A stretch of 64,000 nt of DNA. It comes from a virus. Taxonomy: Duplodnaviria; Caudoviricetes. Positions 54,683 through 63,702 of the stretch are shown piece after piece. How positions within the stretch are numbered: position 1 is the stretch's first letter; each line of letters opens with the position of its first letter. The notes under the pieces were generated by a model. It did not search any database, had not been told where the DNA came from, and saw only the letters and a list, made by a program, of their open reading frames with translations. Position numbers and translations under genes: made by a program. Location: positions 33,761 to 97,760 of IMG/VR virus record IMGVR_UViG_3300043432_000083; one strand, given 5' to 3'.

Positions 54683-55596
54683 TACTTCTCCTTTTTGCCA
54701 ACAATCAGATACTCATGCATTTTCGCAGTGACTTTCCGCGATTCAACCTGCGACGCAAATATCTGTCCATAACAGTTCTGCCATTTCACAATCACAATAT
54801 CCCATAGTGTAAACCCCGCTTGCTCAAACAGTCTTGCGACATCAGCATGGTACATATAAAACCGACCATTCTTCCGAAAATCATTAACATTAAATACACA
54901 GAACTTGTCCGGCTTGAGCACACGATGACATTCTGTAATTACCCGAGACATACCAGATAAAAATTCATCATAGGACTTTCCATACCCAAGCTGCTCAGAC
55001 TCCTCACCATAGAATTCGATATCCCAATATGGCGGGGACGTATACACCAAATCAATCGTGTTCCCATCTTCCATCATATTCTCGCTAGATTGCTTATGCA
55101 GAATGATGGCACTTTCATTCTTTATGAGAACATTTCTCGATAGCAGCTTTTCTTTCACCTGTTCATTAAATGCCATATATCGTTCTGATACATCATAACC
55201 GATATAAGATCGATTCTTCTCATAAGTAATTTCCATGCGAGAATTGTGACCTGCGCATGGGTCCAGGATTGTATCTCCTTCAGAAGAATAAAAATCCAAG
55301 ATGAACATTCCTAATGCTGGGGGAAAGGTAGAAACGCCCCCCGCTTTACCAACAGCATTTCCAGAGATAGCAAAACCCTCTTGTATAACCCCATGGTACA
55401 TAACATGCTCTTTATTTTTCTTTATTCGTTCTCTCTTTATTTGACCATGGGCTCGATCACCCTCAAACACCATAACAGGACGGAAATTAAAAGACAGTTT
55501 CGGTTCTATTATCGAACAAGGCACAAACCCATACTTTTGAATAATCCTTTCTCGCTCTTTTCGAGAGTCTGCTAACGCATCAAGTGTTTTCCCCAT
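54682..55596 (-). CDS. Amino (N4-C/N6-A) DNA methyltransferase
   Basis: STFPP, ILDPCAG, TSPPYW, HEYLIV.KK; AT-rich. Confidence 0.85.
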   Translation of the reverse strand: MGKTLDALADSRKERERIIQKYGFVPCSIIEPKLSFNFRPVMVFEGDRAHGQIKRERIKKNKEHVMYHGVIQEGFAISGNAVGKAGGVSTFPPALGMFILDFYSSEGDTILDPCAGHNSRMEITYEKNRSYIGYDVSERYMAFNEQVKEKLLSRNVLIKNESAIILHKQSSENMMEDGNTIDLVYTSPPYWDIEFYGEESEQLGYGKSYDEFLSGMSRVITECHRVLKPDKFCVFNVNDFRKNGRFYMYHADVARLFEQAGFTLWDIVIVKWQNCYGQIFASQVESRKVTAKMHEYLIVGKKEK

Positions 55597-55597
55597 A

Positions 55598-56380
55598 TTA
55601 CATCTTGCTATGGCCGGGCTGCCACTGGCAGGTGCCGTCGGGTAGCGGGATTGCGGTAAAATCCCCGAAGAGATTGGGGGCCTCCTTCGTCATCATCTCG
55701 GCCACCTTCCCGAAGACGCTTCGGATTTCCACTTCAGCTCCTGACGTTGTTCGCGCCTCAATCACCCATCGGAGTGTCCGGGCATTGGCCGTCCAGATAA
55801 GGGTTGTCGCTACTCCGTCCGGGGCGATCCGCCGCATGGCGGAGGTGAGGACCTTCTTCTCGTGAAAGGGCCGCCCTTCGATCTTCAGGGCCTCCGCCAA
55901 CTGTTGTTGCGCCTTCTCACCGTTGATTATTGCCTCCTCGAAGATTGCGCGGGCCTCCGGATTATCGCGGATTTCGGGCGGCAGCCACATGGGGATGTCG
56001 GTCAGACGCACGAAGCGTAAACTTTCCTGGCTGATGGCGGTTCCGGCCCGGTGACGCACCAACTCGTGGGTGAAGACCCGGCTGACATGGAAGAAAGCGA
56101 AAGTCCAGTTGGCGTGCTCCAGGACGCTGCCATGCTTCACCTGCAGGATATTCTGCAAGTAGGCTTGGCTGCCATCCCTGACCTTGGTGACATTAGGGTT
56201 GAGGCCGGGCTCGAAGGAGCGATAGCAGGCGCGCCCCGCCACTTCGATCAGTTGCTCGGCCGCTGAGGGAGCATCGGTTGTCCACCCGGGGGCACCGACG
56301 GCCTGCAGATAGGCGGCAAGCCCCTCGGTATCGATTGTCGGTCTGGCTAAGAGAAAGACCTGTGGTTCTATCCACTCCAT
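55598..56380 (-). CDS. thyX: Flavin-dependent thymidylate synthase
   Basis: AGRACY.S, H.SVLEH, SRVFTHELVRHR, SQESLRF, NAR, EIR. Confidence 0.95.
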   Translation of the reverse strand: MEWIEPQVFLLARPTIDTEGLAAYLQAVGAPGWTTDAPSAAEQLIEVAGRACYRSFEPGLNPNVTKVRDGSQAYLQNILQVKHGSVLEHANWTFAFFHVSRVFTHELVRHRAGTAISQESLRFVRLTDIPMWLPPEIRDNPEARAIFEEAIINGEKAQQQLAEALKIEGRPFHEKKVLTSAMRRIAPDGVATTLIWTANARTLRWVIEARTTSGAEVEIRSVFGKVAEMMTKEAPNLFGDFTAIPLPDGTCQWQPGHSKM

Positions 56381-56919
56381 TATACAGCCTTCTTTAATTG
56401 TATCTGATATGTACCATCTTCATGCTTCGTTATCTTATGCCCCGCCTTCCCCATTTTCTTCAGCGCTTCATAGAACGTCGTCCCCATCGCCTTCTTCACA
56501 TCGGACATTGTTTTACCGGATATCAGCAATTTAATCGCCTTATGTACTTTCGACCCCATCATAAACCCGAACTCATCCCGTTTTCCCTCTCCCCTATCTG
56601 ACTTTACATCCTTCGCATCTTTCTTTACCTTACTCTGTTCCTTCGCCTTCACATCCATCTCACTCCCATCCATCTCACTCCCATCCTTCCCATCCGACTT
56701 CTGCTCTGCAGCCGTTCGTAGATCGCCGCTCCCATTTTTCAGCGCAGCCAGCGTCGCCAGCGTTTCATCGGTCAGCTCGTCCCCTTCAGCAATCAATCCA
56801 GATGCCTCCAACACCGCTGCCTTGACCTGCCCGACCGCCAGTGTGATGTTGATCACTGGGTCCAGACCAAGCACCTCGTTCAGCTCCTTCGCCGCTCGCA
56901 CAATCTCTTTCCGTTCCAT
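56380..56919 (-). CDS. Hypothetical protein with basic C-terminal putative DNA-binding segment
   Basis: Strong RBS; charged linker with a 15-bp tandem duplication. Confidence 0.65.
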   Translation of the reverse strand: MERKEIVRAAKELNEVLGLDPVINITLAVGQVKAAVLEASGLIAEGDELTDETLATLAALKNGSGDLRTAAEQKSDGKDGSEMDGSEMDVKAKEQSKVKKDAKDVKSDRGEGKRDEFGFMMGSKVHKAIKLLISGKTMSDVKKAMGTTFYEALKKMGKAGHKITKHEDGTYQIQLKKAV

Positions 56920-56957
56920 TCACTCCTCCTTCGCCATTGTTATACACCACTCTGTAT

Positions 56958-56987
56958 TTATTATACTGTCCAGTCCGAAAACCACAG
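56958..56987 (-). promoter_or_regulatory. Repeated phage promoter motif, copy 2
   Basis: CTGTGGTTTTCGG-N7-AGTATAATAA. Confidence 0.7.
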
Positions 56988-56993
56988 TGACTT

Positions 56994-58397
56994 TTATTCT
57001 GCCACTTTCTGTTTGCCATCATCCACATAGTCCCACTGCGCCGCCGCATGGAACTTGCCGATGGGTAGGCACCGATAGACCGTCACCGGCTTGCTGGCGG
57101 CTTGCCCATGCCGCACCAGAATCTCTTCCACCACCACTCGGTCCTCCTTCTTGTCCTCCTCGGTTTGGGTTAGTCCATACAGCGCCGTCACGTGATCATT
57201 CTTGCGCCGATCGCCGGAGAAGTTCCGCATCCCGATCTTGCGCTTGCCGTAGCTGTCCGCATCCCCCTGCGTCGCCGTGATGACCAGGCAGTTCCGCCGC
57301 TGGGCCAAGGCTCGCATGTAGGTCCAGGTCTCGTTGATCTCGTTCCGCTCTCCGTTGTCCCCTCGGCTTCGGATCGGCGACAGCAGATCGGCGTAGTCAA
57401 TCACCACCAGGTCGGGCACAAAGGTGTAGAAGTGCTGCCAGTTGTCCAGGACACCTTCCAGATCCCGGATGCTCTTGCTCCCGGATGGGAAGCAGTCGAT
57501 ACGCAGATGCTTACCCTTGACCTTTTTCTTCCAACCCTCCTCAGCATTCAACACATCTGTCAGACCGAACGCCTCCACCTCCTTCTCTTCCCATTCGATC
57601 CCATTACCGTTGCGATGATAGAGTTTGATCAAACCCTCTTTGCGATACTTCTTCGACTGCTTCTTCGTCATATGCTGGGCCATCCGCTCCTTGACATCTC
57701 GCATCGACATATCTCCGACAACGAAGTAGGCCACATTGCAGCGCTGCCACCAGGCGGTCATCGCCAGCTCTTGGAGCGCCCAGGACTTGCTCACCTTGGC
57801 CGACCCGAACAGGGCGATGAACCGTGTCCGGCGGAGCTGGCTGTTCATCAGCTGACCCAGCGGACCGGACAGCCGGAACAGCGGGCGGTCCTCATCCTCG
57901 AACAGCTCCATGAAATAGCCACGATCCATCGGCCCAGCCCCGCCGCCGTCGTGGAACCGGACCGGAGTATACTGCACAATGGCTTGATCGCCAACATCTG
58001 CATCCTTGCCAGTGACCGCCGCCCGCAGATCGTCAGAGAGCCGCTTCAGCTTGCGAAGCTTTAGATATTTCTCTGCCACCGACAGCACATAATCATCGTT
58101 CGTCGGCAGTTGTCCAGCCTCATACTCTGTCAGCACCTTCTCGATGGTCTTTTCTACTAGGTCCAGCTTCGACTCATCCTCGTCAGAGTCCTCTCGGTAG
58201 ATACGCCAGAGGTCCTGGATGCCTCGACCCGGCGCGACCTGGTGCTGCTCAAAATGACTGGCACAGAGCTGGGCGATGGTCTTGAAGATCCGGCTGTCGA
58301 TCAGTGGCAATGGATCCAGCGACAGAAACTGTCGGAGGAACCGCTCGCTGCCGATCAGCCCCAGGATCATCAGATGCTCTTCGTGGGCAGCAGCCAT
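56994..58397 (-). CDS. DnaB-like replicative helicase
   Basis: Variant Walker A GSAKVSKS, VVIDYADLL, ITATQ, K..HV. Confidence 0.85.
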   Translation of the reverse strand: MAAAHEEHLMILGLIGSERFLRQFLSLDPLPLIDSRIFKTIAQLCASHFEQHQVAPGRGIQDLWRIYREDSDEDESKLDLVEKTIEKVLTEYEAGQLPTNDDYVLSVAEKYLKLRKLKRLSDDLRAAVTGKDADVGDQAIVQYTPVRFHDGGGAGPMDRGYFMELFEDEDRPLFRLSGPLGQLMNSQLRRTRFIALFGSAKVSKSWALQELAMTAWWQRCNVAYFVVGDMSMRDVKERMAQHMTKKQSKKYRKEGLIKLYHRNGNGIEWEEKEVEAFGLTDVLNAEEGWKKKVKGKHLRIDCFPSGSKSIRDLEGVLDNWQHFYTFVPDLVVIDYADLLSPIRSRGDNGERNEINETWTYMRALAQRRNCLVITATQGDADSYGKRKIGMRNFSGDRRKNDHVTALYGLTQTEEDKKEDRVVVEEILVRHGQAASKPVTVYRCLPIGKFHAAAQWDYVDDGKQKVAE

Positions 58398-58595
58398 CTA
58401 GGAAAGCTCGACAGGAGGCTCTGGCAACGGCATCCATGCGACAGGAACGTCGAACCCATAATTGAAATCCAGCATCCCATGAGCCCACCACGCATCCCCA
58501 ATTCGCTCAGCTACCTCCATCGACCCATCATCGAACACCACGAGAACATATTGAGACTCTTTCGGCAACTCTTCTTTTATCCATCTCCACACCAT
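58398..58595 (-). CDS. DUF551-like protein
   Basis: W..IKEELP...VLV...VAWMPLPEPP. Confidence 0.75.
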   Translation of the reverse strand: MVWRWIKEELPKESQYVLVVFDDGSMEVAERIGDAWWAHGMLDFNYGFDVPVAWMPLPEPPVELS

Positions 58596-58599
58596 CTTG

Positions 58600-58830
58600 C
58601 TATCTCCCGACATATTCGATGCGACAGGTGTTCTCGATCTCGTCAAGCCGGATCGACTTGATCTCCGCCCGCGTTTGCTTCAGCCGCCTCAGCACCAGAC
58701 CCAGCCTGCTCGCCTTGTTGTATTGCCGCTTCTCCCGAATCTGCTTCCGCCTCTTGCAGTACCATCGGGAAATGTAATAACTCTTTTCCCACGCCGCATG
58801 CGCACGAAGAACAATCTCGCCTCCCACCAT
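58600..58830 (-). CDS. Small basic hypothetical protein
   Basis: 76 aa, GAGG RBS. Confidence 0.45.
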   Translation of the reverse strand: MVGGEIVLRAHAAWEKSYYISRWYCKRRKQIREKRQYNKASRLGLVLRRLKQTRAEIKSIRLDEIENTCRIEYVGR

Positions 58831-58840
58831 AGTTCCTCTC

Positions 58841-59176
58841 CTACAGAAAGAGCTTCAGTTCTCCGCGCTCATGCTCGATCAGCAGCGCTTTTCTATCTCC
58901 CTCTTTGACTTCCTTGATATCAAGTAACTTCGATTTCTTCGACTTATCCAGCCCCAGTCCTAAGCCCTCGTCAGCGGAGCGTTTCTCGCAATCCAACAGC
59001 CGAAGATACAAACGCTGCACCAGGTCCGGCGGCTTGTTCCTGTATTTATCATCGTTGACCAGACTGTCGCATACCGCCCGCATCCGCAGCCCCTCTGTCC
59101 AGGAGGAGTGATCGATGCCGCACAGCCTATAAATGTCTGATCGCGTCGGTTCCCCTGCCATATCTTCTCTCCTCAT
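58841..59176 (-). CDS. Hypothetical protein
   Basis: 111 aa directly after promoter motif. Confidence 0.6.
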   Translation of the reverse strand: MRREDMAGEPTRSDIYRLCGIDHSSWTEGLRMRAVCDSLVNDDKYRNKPPDLVQRLYLRLLDCEKRSADEGLGLGLDKSKKSKLLDIKEVKEGDRKALLIEHERGELKLFL

Positions 59177-59180
59177 GACT

Positions 59181-59210
59181 CTATTATACTGAGTTCACTG
59201 ATTTTCACAG
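59181..59210 (-). promoter_or_regulatory. Repeated phage promoter motif, copy 3 (variant)
   Basis: CTGTGAAAATCAG-N7-AGTATAATAG. Confidence 0.55.
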
Positions 59211-59244
59211 TCATATCAATTCTGCCATACGACAAGACATCCGC

Positions 59245-60165
59245 TTAGGTCCGAGCTTCAATCCTTCGATGATCATCCCCATCCACAGGCAAGAACTGAC
59301 ACATATCGGCCAAACGAGAAGCAATGCGCTCCCCAAGTGAAGCGACAATGCCCGCTATATTTCGATTCGATGTTGCAATTATAGGGCTCCGATCACAGTA
59401 CCGTCCGTGAATCACGGCACGCAAAAAATCGCGCTCCCATTCAGAGGCGGAAGACACTGCGATATCATCTAATATCAGCAAGGGAATGTCCCTCAGCTCT
59501 TCCACCCAGTCATACACATTACTCTCTCGCCGATCAAAGCAGTCGCGCCGAACTCGCAAAAACAAATCCACCATATCAAACCATCTAACGCCGGGCTCCC
59601 AAGCCTCCTCATAATCGTCGCCGACAACAAAACCATGACGACTCCATTTAGTAGGATTCCTCTTGTAAAGTCTTTTCTCTTGCACCATCCACCGCTGACA
59701 GCATAATTTCGCCAAGAGGCTTTTCCCTGTGCCGACTGTCCCGTAGAATAACAGGCCCAGCTTCTCGCCCCGGCCATAGCACCATCGCCTTGCCTCCCTC
59801 AAGGCAAGAACCTGTCCATCCCTTGGTACAAAATCCTCCCAGGTCCGCACGCGCAGCAATTTTCTATCCAGCATACCAATCTCGTGCAAGTACCAATTCA
59901 TATGCTGTTCAAAGTGCTGCCTAGCTCGTTCTTCAGCAGGAATTCCCCTCTTTGGCGGAGCCTCGACAATTCCGTGCAATTTGTTCAGCTCTCGTGTCAG
60001 CTCCTCAGGAGTAATGTCCAAACGATCATAAAGCTCCTGCTCTTTGTCGCAGAGCAACTGCTGATCCGGAGTCAACGCTAGGCCCTCCCCATCTTCTGAT
60101 CCTTTCCCTCCTGCCGACTCCACACTACCAGGGGGTGGTGGAATAGCAGAATCCGACTCCCTCAT
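59245..60165 (-). CDS. DnaC/IstB-like AAA+ helicase loader (start approximate)
   Basis: GTVGTGKS, LLILDDI, IATSN, GERIASRL.DMC, G.DHR. Confidence 0.88.
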   Translation of the reverse strand: MRESDSAIPPPPGSVESAGGKGSEDGEGLALTPDQQLLCDKEQELYDRLDITPEELTRELNKLHGIVEAPPKRGIPAEERARQHFEQHMNWYLHEIGMLDRKLLRVRTWEDFVPRDGQVLALREARRWCYGRGEKLGLLFYGTVGTGKSLLAKLCCQRWMVQEKRLYKRNPTKWSRHGFVVGDDYEEAWEPGVRWFDMVDLFLRVRRDCFDRRESNVYDWVEELRDIPLLILDDIAVSSASEWERDFLRAVIHGRYCDRSPIIATSNRNIAGIVASLGERIASRLADMCQFLPVDGDDHRRIEART

Positions 60166-61288
60166 CGACTCGCTTTCCTCTGCCACTGTTATTGATCCTC
60201 TCTTTGATTGGAGTTGGAATGCGCTGAGACAGCCGCAGCAGCCAGCTATCCTGATTGTGGGCACTGTAGATGAAGTCCTCGAACGACAGCCCCTTGAGGA
60301 AGGAATGCTCCTTGTCGGTGGGCCAGAACGCCTTGCTCTCCACCATCAGGCGAAGGCGCCGGTCTAGGATGTTGCAGACCTCCTGCTCCGTCCATCGCTT
60401 CGAGAGCAGCGACGGGGACACTTTGTAGTCGCCTGTCAGCTCTTTCCTCAGATCGAAGATCGTTGCTGGGAAGGCTCCTTGATACAGGTTCTGTAGCAAC
60501 TTCACGGAACGATCATAGACATGCTGCTTTGTCATTTTCCGAACCAGCGACAGGCTATGCCAGATCTGTAACGGTTTTGGCATCGCTTCTATGGGTGGGG
60601 CTGATGCTTTATTCTGTAGTGTAGGTTTCCTTCGTTTGATTCTTTGAGCATCCTGTAGGACTTTCTGTCCCATGGAATTTTTTGCCTCAGAACCAGAAGG
60701 AAGGTTTGAGGCTTCACGTTCGTCAGGACGTGAACTCATATCCGAAGGATATGTACTATTAGGTTCCTTATTAATATACTTATTTGAAACCGTTTTAATA
60801 CCCCTCTTGAAACGGTTTGTAGACCCTCTTAAAACGGTTTCAAGGGGAGCAGCCTTTTGAAGACCCTTGGTTTTGTACAGGCGACGACCCATTAACGCGC
60901 CCCAAATGGCTCGATATTCCAGGAAGAAAAACTTGAAAACCTCACCAGTCGGGGACTTGTCCATCCTGACTCTCAGCAGACGATTCTGCTCCAGCGCCTT
61001 GATGGCCTTCGTCTGATAATACCGGGACAGACCGGTGGATGCCGTCATGTCCTGCGCGGTTCGATAATACCAGTTTGTTGGGGAATCAAGCTGCTTCTTA
61101 GAGACGAGATAGGAAACCAGGTTCAGATGGTCGGTCAGGATCAGAGCGGCATGGAGACCGAAATGCTGGATGAATGTCCGTCGCAATGGAAGATAACCAC
61201 CCTTCTCTTCTGAGAGCAGGACCTTCAGCGCCTTCTCTGCTTCTGCCAACGAGGGGGAGCGTTGTTGCTGCTCGGCGTTCACTTCCAT
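60125..61288 (-). CDS. Phage replication initiator
   Basis: N-terminal wHTH (WYYRT......TGLSRY.Q..AIK.L); central low-complexity linker with iterons; upstream of DnaC-like gene. Confidence 0.75.
   Translation of the reverse strand: MEVNAEQQQRSPSLAEAEKALKVLLSEEKGGYLPLRRTFIQHFGLHAALILTDHLNLVSYLVSKKQLDSPTNWYYRTAQDMTASTGLSRYYQTKAIKALEQNRLLRVRMDKSPTGEVFKFFFLEYRAIWGALMGRRLYKTKGLQKAAPLETVLRGSTNRFKRGIKTVSNKYINKEPNSTYPSDMSSRPDEREASNLPSGSEAKNSMGQKVLQDAQRIKRRKPTLQNKASAPPIEAMPKPLQIWHSLSLVRKMTKQHVYDRSVKLLQNLYQGAFPATIFDLRKELTGDYKVSPSLLSKRWTEQEVCNILDRRLRLMVESKAFWPTDKEHSFLKGLSFEDFIYSAHNQDSWLLRLSQRIPTPIKERINNSGRGKRVDEGVGFCYSTTPW
60750..60845. repeat. Candidate replication origin (iterons + AT-rich tract)
   Basis: CCCTCTT[G/A]AAACGGTTT at 60802 and 60824 (22-bp period); perfect 15-bp IR 60784-60798 / 60829-60843. 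Confidence 0.6.
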
Positions 61289-61665
61289 AGCCGACTCCTT
61301 TCTGCGATGATCTGATAATCGAGGACCAGTTTGTTGTCCTCCCTAATGCGAATGGCTTTTGTCTCGAAGAGCGTTTGCAAGGCGCGCTCTTGATCTGATT
61401 TGGAGAGGCCCGTGCGCCAGGTGATCGATTCGTTGTCGATTAGGATGCCTTTCGAGTGGTCCTCCAGATCAATTAGCATCGGTAGAAGCAGTGCCACAGC
61501 AGGGCCGAACGCCTCGACAAGAACAGGCTCCACGACACAGGGCACTAATGGGTGACCGGTGTAGGCTGGAGATTTCTCTGCGGTCTTAGACACGGATGAT
61601 GGCTCCAAATCCACAGTGGGATATATGAAGGGTTTCTTTTTCTGCAAGACTTTCCCAACGCCCAT
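61279..61665 (-). CDS. wHTH protein resembling initiator N-terminus
   Basis: FG...AL.L, TGLSK..Q.RAL..L shared with 60125..61288. Confidence 0.55.
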   Translation of the reverse strand: MGVGKVLQKKKPFIYPTVDLEPSSVSKTAEKSPAYTGHPLVPCVVEPVLVEAFGPAVALLLPMLIDLEDHSKGILIDNESITWRTGLSKSDQERALQTLFETKAIRIREDNKLVLDYQIIAERSRLWK

Positions 61666-61671
61666 CCTACC

Positions 61672-62112
61672 CTACTCCTTTCCTTCTACCTGTCGTAATG
61701 TTGTTAGAGCCAAACCATATTTTGTTTGTCGGTCATGGTCCTTCATCGTAAATTCTTTGCCGCGCATCCGCGATAGATCCATATTGTCCTCCAGGTCGGC
61801 GATCTTGACCTTGCGGGCGAGCGAATGCTCGGCGACGCGTCGGATGTAGTCCTGATAGGGTTCATGAGGCGTTCGAGTCAGGATCTTGATCGCGTCGAGC
61901 AGATGCTCCGGGAAAGATGCATCGAACAATAATTCCCAATGCGGGCCATCCTCCAGTACGTCATGCAGAACCGCGACAACCCGTTCCTCCTCGGTTTCCA
62001 TCGCCAGCATGACCCGGAGCGGATGGAGGATATAGGGTTGTCCAGCGAGATCGGTCTGACCAGCATGGACCTTGACAGCGAGGGTAATGGCATCATCGAG
62101 CAGGCTTGGCAT
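61672..62112 (-). CDS. HD-domain small alarmone hydrolase-like protein (RelA/SpoT hydrolase fold)
   Basis: HAGQ.D..G.PYI.HP, AVLHDVLED, VKIADLEDN. Confidence 0.82.
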   Translation of the reverse strand: MPSLLDDAITLAVKVHAGQTDLAGQPYILHPLRVMLAMETEEERVVAVLHDVLEDGPHWELLFDASFPEHLLDAIKILTRTPHEPYQDYIRRVAEHSLARKVKIADLEDNMDLSRMRGKEFTMKDHDRQTKYGLALTTLRQVEGKE

Positions 62113-62371
62113 GTCTGAACCTTTTCTGATTGAGTGGTTTGGCGGACTGCTTCATAGCTTTCTGTTTTGGTCGGAGTGTCGGATCAACTTGCGGTAGGGC
62201 TGGTGTCGAATGGCTGTGGGCAGTTAATCGGACATAGGGGGATTTGCTGGCAGTAGTCGCCACCTTCTCTCTGGCAGGACGCCAAGGGCGCTTCTGGTCG
62301 AGGCTCCGCGCATAGCTTAGCACCTGTCGTATCGATGCCTGTCCAAAATCAGTTGGTTTGAGAATCCCCAC
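62093..62371 (-). CDS. Hypothetical basic protein
   Basis: GTG start with GGAG RBS. Confidence 0.45.
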   Translation of the reverse strand: MGILKPTDFGQASIRQVLSYARSLDQKRPWRPAREKVATTASKSPYVRLTAHSHSTPALPQVDPTLRPKQKAMKQSAKPLNQKRFRHAKPAR

Positions 62372-62556
62372 CCTGCTCCACCTTTACTGCACGTCGTTAC
62401 AGCATCGGCACTACGGCCAGAGGATTCTATCGGTTATCTCTGTGACAAGATAACCGATAGGGGACGGTGGAACGGCTGAGGAAACCGGCCATGTCCCCGT
62501 CGAGGACCTATCGGCGTCAGCAGGACCTCTGCAGAGGAAACTCTGCTGACAAGTTT

Positions 62557-62585
62557 ATTATATTAGGCTCCAAAGGGAAAATCAA
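62557..62585 (-). promoter_or_regulatory. Sigma70-type promoter
   Basis: Minus strand TTGATT-17 bp-TATAAT. Confidence 0.6.
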
Positions 62586-62627
62586 AGTTTTAATTCCTAT
62601 CATATATTCAAAATCGATAGGTTTTCC

Positions 62628-63515
62628 CTATAACCCCAGCCACCGCCTTATCTGCTTGACTTGCTGCTCGTCCAGACTGCCGGGGTCCTCCGCTGGACAG
62701 TCCACAATCTCCGCCTCTGTGCCAAGCGTCGTCAATTCATCCATCAGTTTCTCTGCCTGCAACTGTGCCCGCTCCTCCGGATCATACAATAGGAACACCA
62801 TCTCAAACCGGCTGAGCAGCTCGACCTGCGGCCAGGTCCAGGTGATGCCCATGGTGGCAACTGATCCGATCCCCATCCGCCAGGCATCGGTCGGTCCCTC
62901 CACCACCAAGACGCGGTTCCGCCCTTCGCAGCGGTCCAGGTCATACAGCCAGGACTTGGCGGGATAGCCTTCCTCCTCCTGGAGACAATTCTTATAGCGG
63001 GTGTCCGACTTGTCAGTGATGTCGCGTCCGGTGTAGCTGATGAGCTGCTCCTGTCGGATGATAGGGACGATGATCCGCCACTTGTAGGGACCGAGCGGGC
63101 CGGTGGCCTTGAGATGATAATCGTGCACGAGCTGCTCAGGATCGAATCCGCGATCTGTGAGATAATGGTTGTGGCTATGACAGAGGTGTCTTGATCCATA
63201 CGGTAGGCTGATGGCCTTCGGCGCTTCCCGCCGCGCCTTGCGCTTGTCCAGGATCAGGCGGCTGGCTGGTATCTGCCCGAGTAGCAGCTTGACCTCTCCG
63301 CTGGATTTGTGCAGCAGCTTGCACAACACAGCGACTCCTCGATGGCCGCCGCATCGCCAGCAGTGGGCCACCTGCCCATCCAGCCGGATGCCGAGGTGAT
63401 AGTTGTCGTCCCCACAAAACGGACAATGGACCTGCACATGCCCTGACGTCGCGTGATGGTGCTGCGTCGTGTGGGGGATGCCGTGGTCCGAGAGGATCGT
63501 CAACAGGTCAGCCAT
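62628..63515 (-). CDS. DNA primase (Zn finger + TOPRIM)
   Basis: CPFC..D...HL...HCWRCG, YL..RG, GR, VVEGPTDA, YD; start reassigned to MADLL. Confidence 0.88.
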   Translation of the reverse strand: MADLLTILSDHGIPHTTQHHHATSGHVQVHCPFCGDDNYHLGIRLDGQVAHCWRCGGHRGVAVLCKLLHKSSGEVKLLLGQIPASRLILDKRKARREAPKAISLPYGSRHLCHSHNHYLTDRGFDPEQLVHDYHLKATGPLGPYKWRIIVPIIRQEQLISYTGRDITDKSDTRYKNCLQEEEGYPAKSWLYDLDRCEGRNRVLVVEGPTDAWRMGIGSVATMGITWTWPQVELLSRFEMVFLLYDPEERAQLQAEKLMDELTTLGTEAEIVDCPAEDPGSLDEQQVKQIRRWLGL

Positions 63516-63519
63516 GCCC

Positions 63520-63550
63520 TTATTATACTGGGCTAGGCTGAAAACCCCGT
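63520..63550 (-). promoter_or_regulatory. Repeated phage promoter motif, copy 4 (variant)
   Basis: ACGGGGTTTTCAG-N8-AGTATAATAA immediately before primase ATG. Confidence 0.55.
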
Positions 63551-63673
63551 TAAAAATTCTATGCCCCTTTAGAATCAATGGGTTAGGATGATATATAATG
63601 CTTTCCTTATGGATGGGCCTGCTGACCTATAAAATAATTTATATAAAATACCGCATAAAACGTGATTTAATGC

Positions 63674-63702
63674 TTGACTTATGGGTATAGGTAAACTATA
63701 GT
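63674..63702 (+). promoter_or_regulatory. Divergent sigma70-type promoter
   Basis: TTGACT-17 bp-TATAGT in AT-rich intergenic region. Confidence 0.6.

Noticed and set aside
54682-55596. Restriction-modification system
   Set aside because: Methyltransferase is orphan; no neighbouring restriction nuclease.
56652-56686. 15-bp tandem duplication (GSEMD twice)
   Set aside because: Ordinary in-frame slippage in a charged linker.
62474-62545. Hammerhead-like CTGAGGA...GAAA on the plus strand
   Set aside because: Required stem II pairing is absent.
67-63399. Plus-strand ORFs in the track (e.g. 20103..21065, 28623..29660, 39147..40697, 45894..47159)
   Set aside because: Antisense shadows of well-supported minus-strand genes in GC-rich DNA; no motifs.
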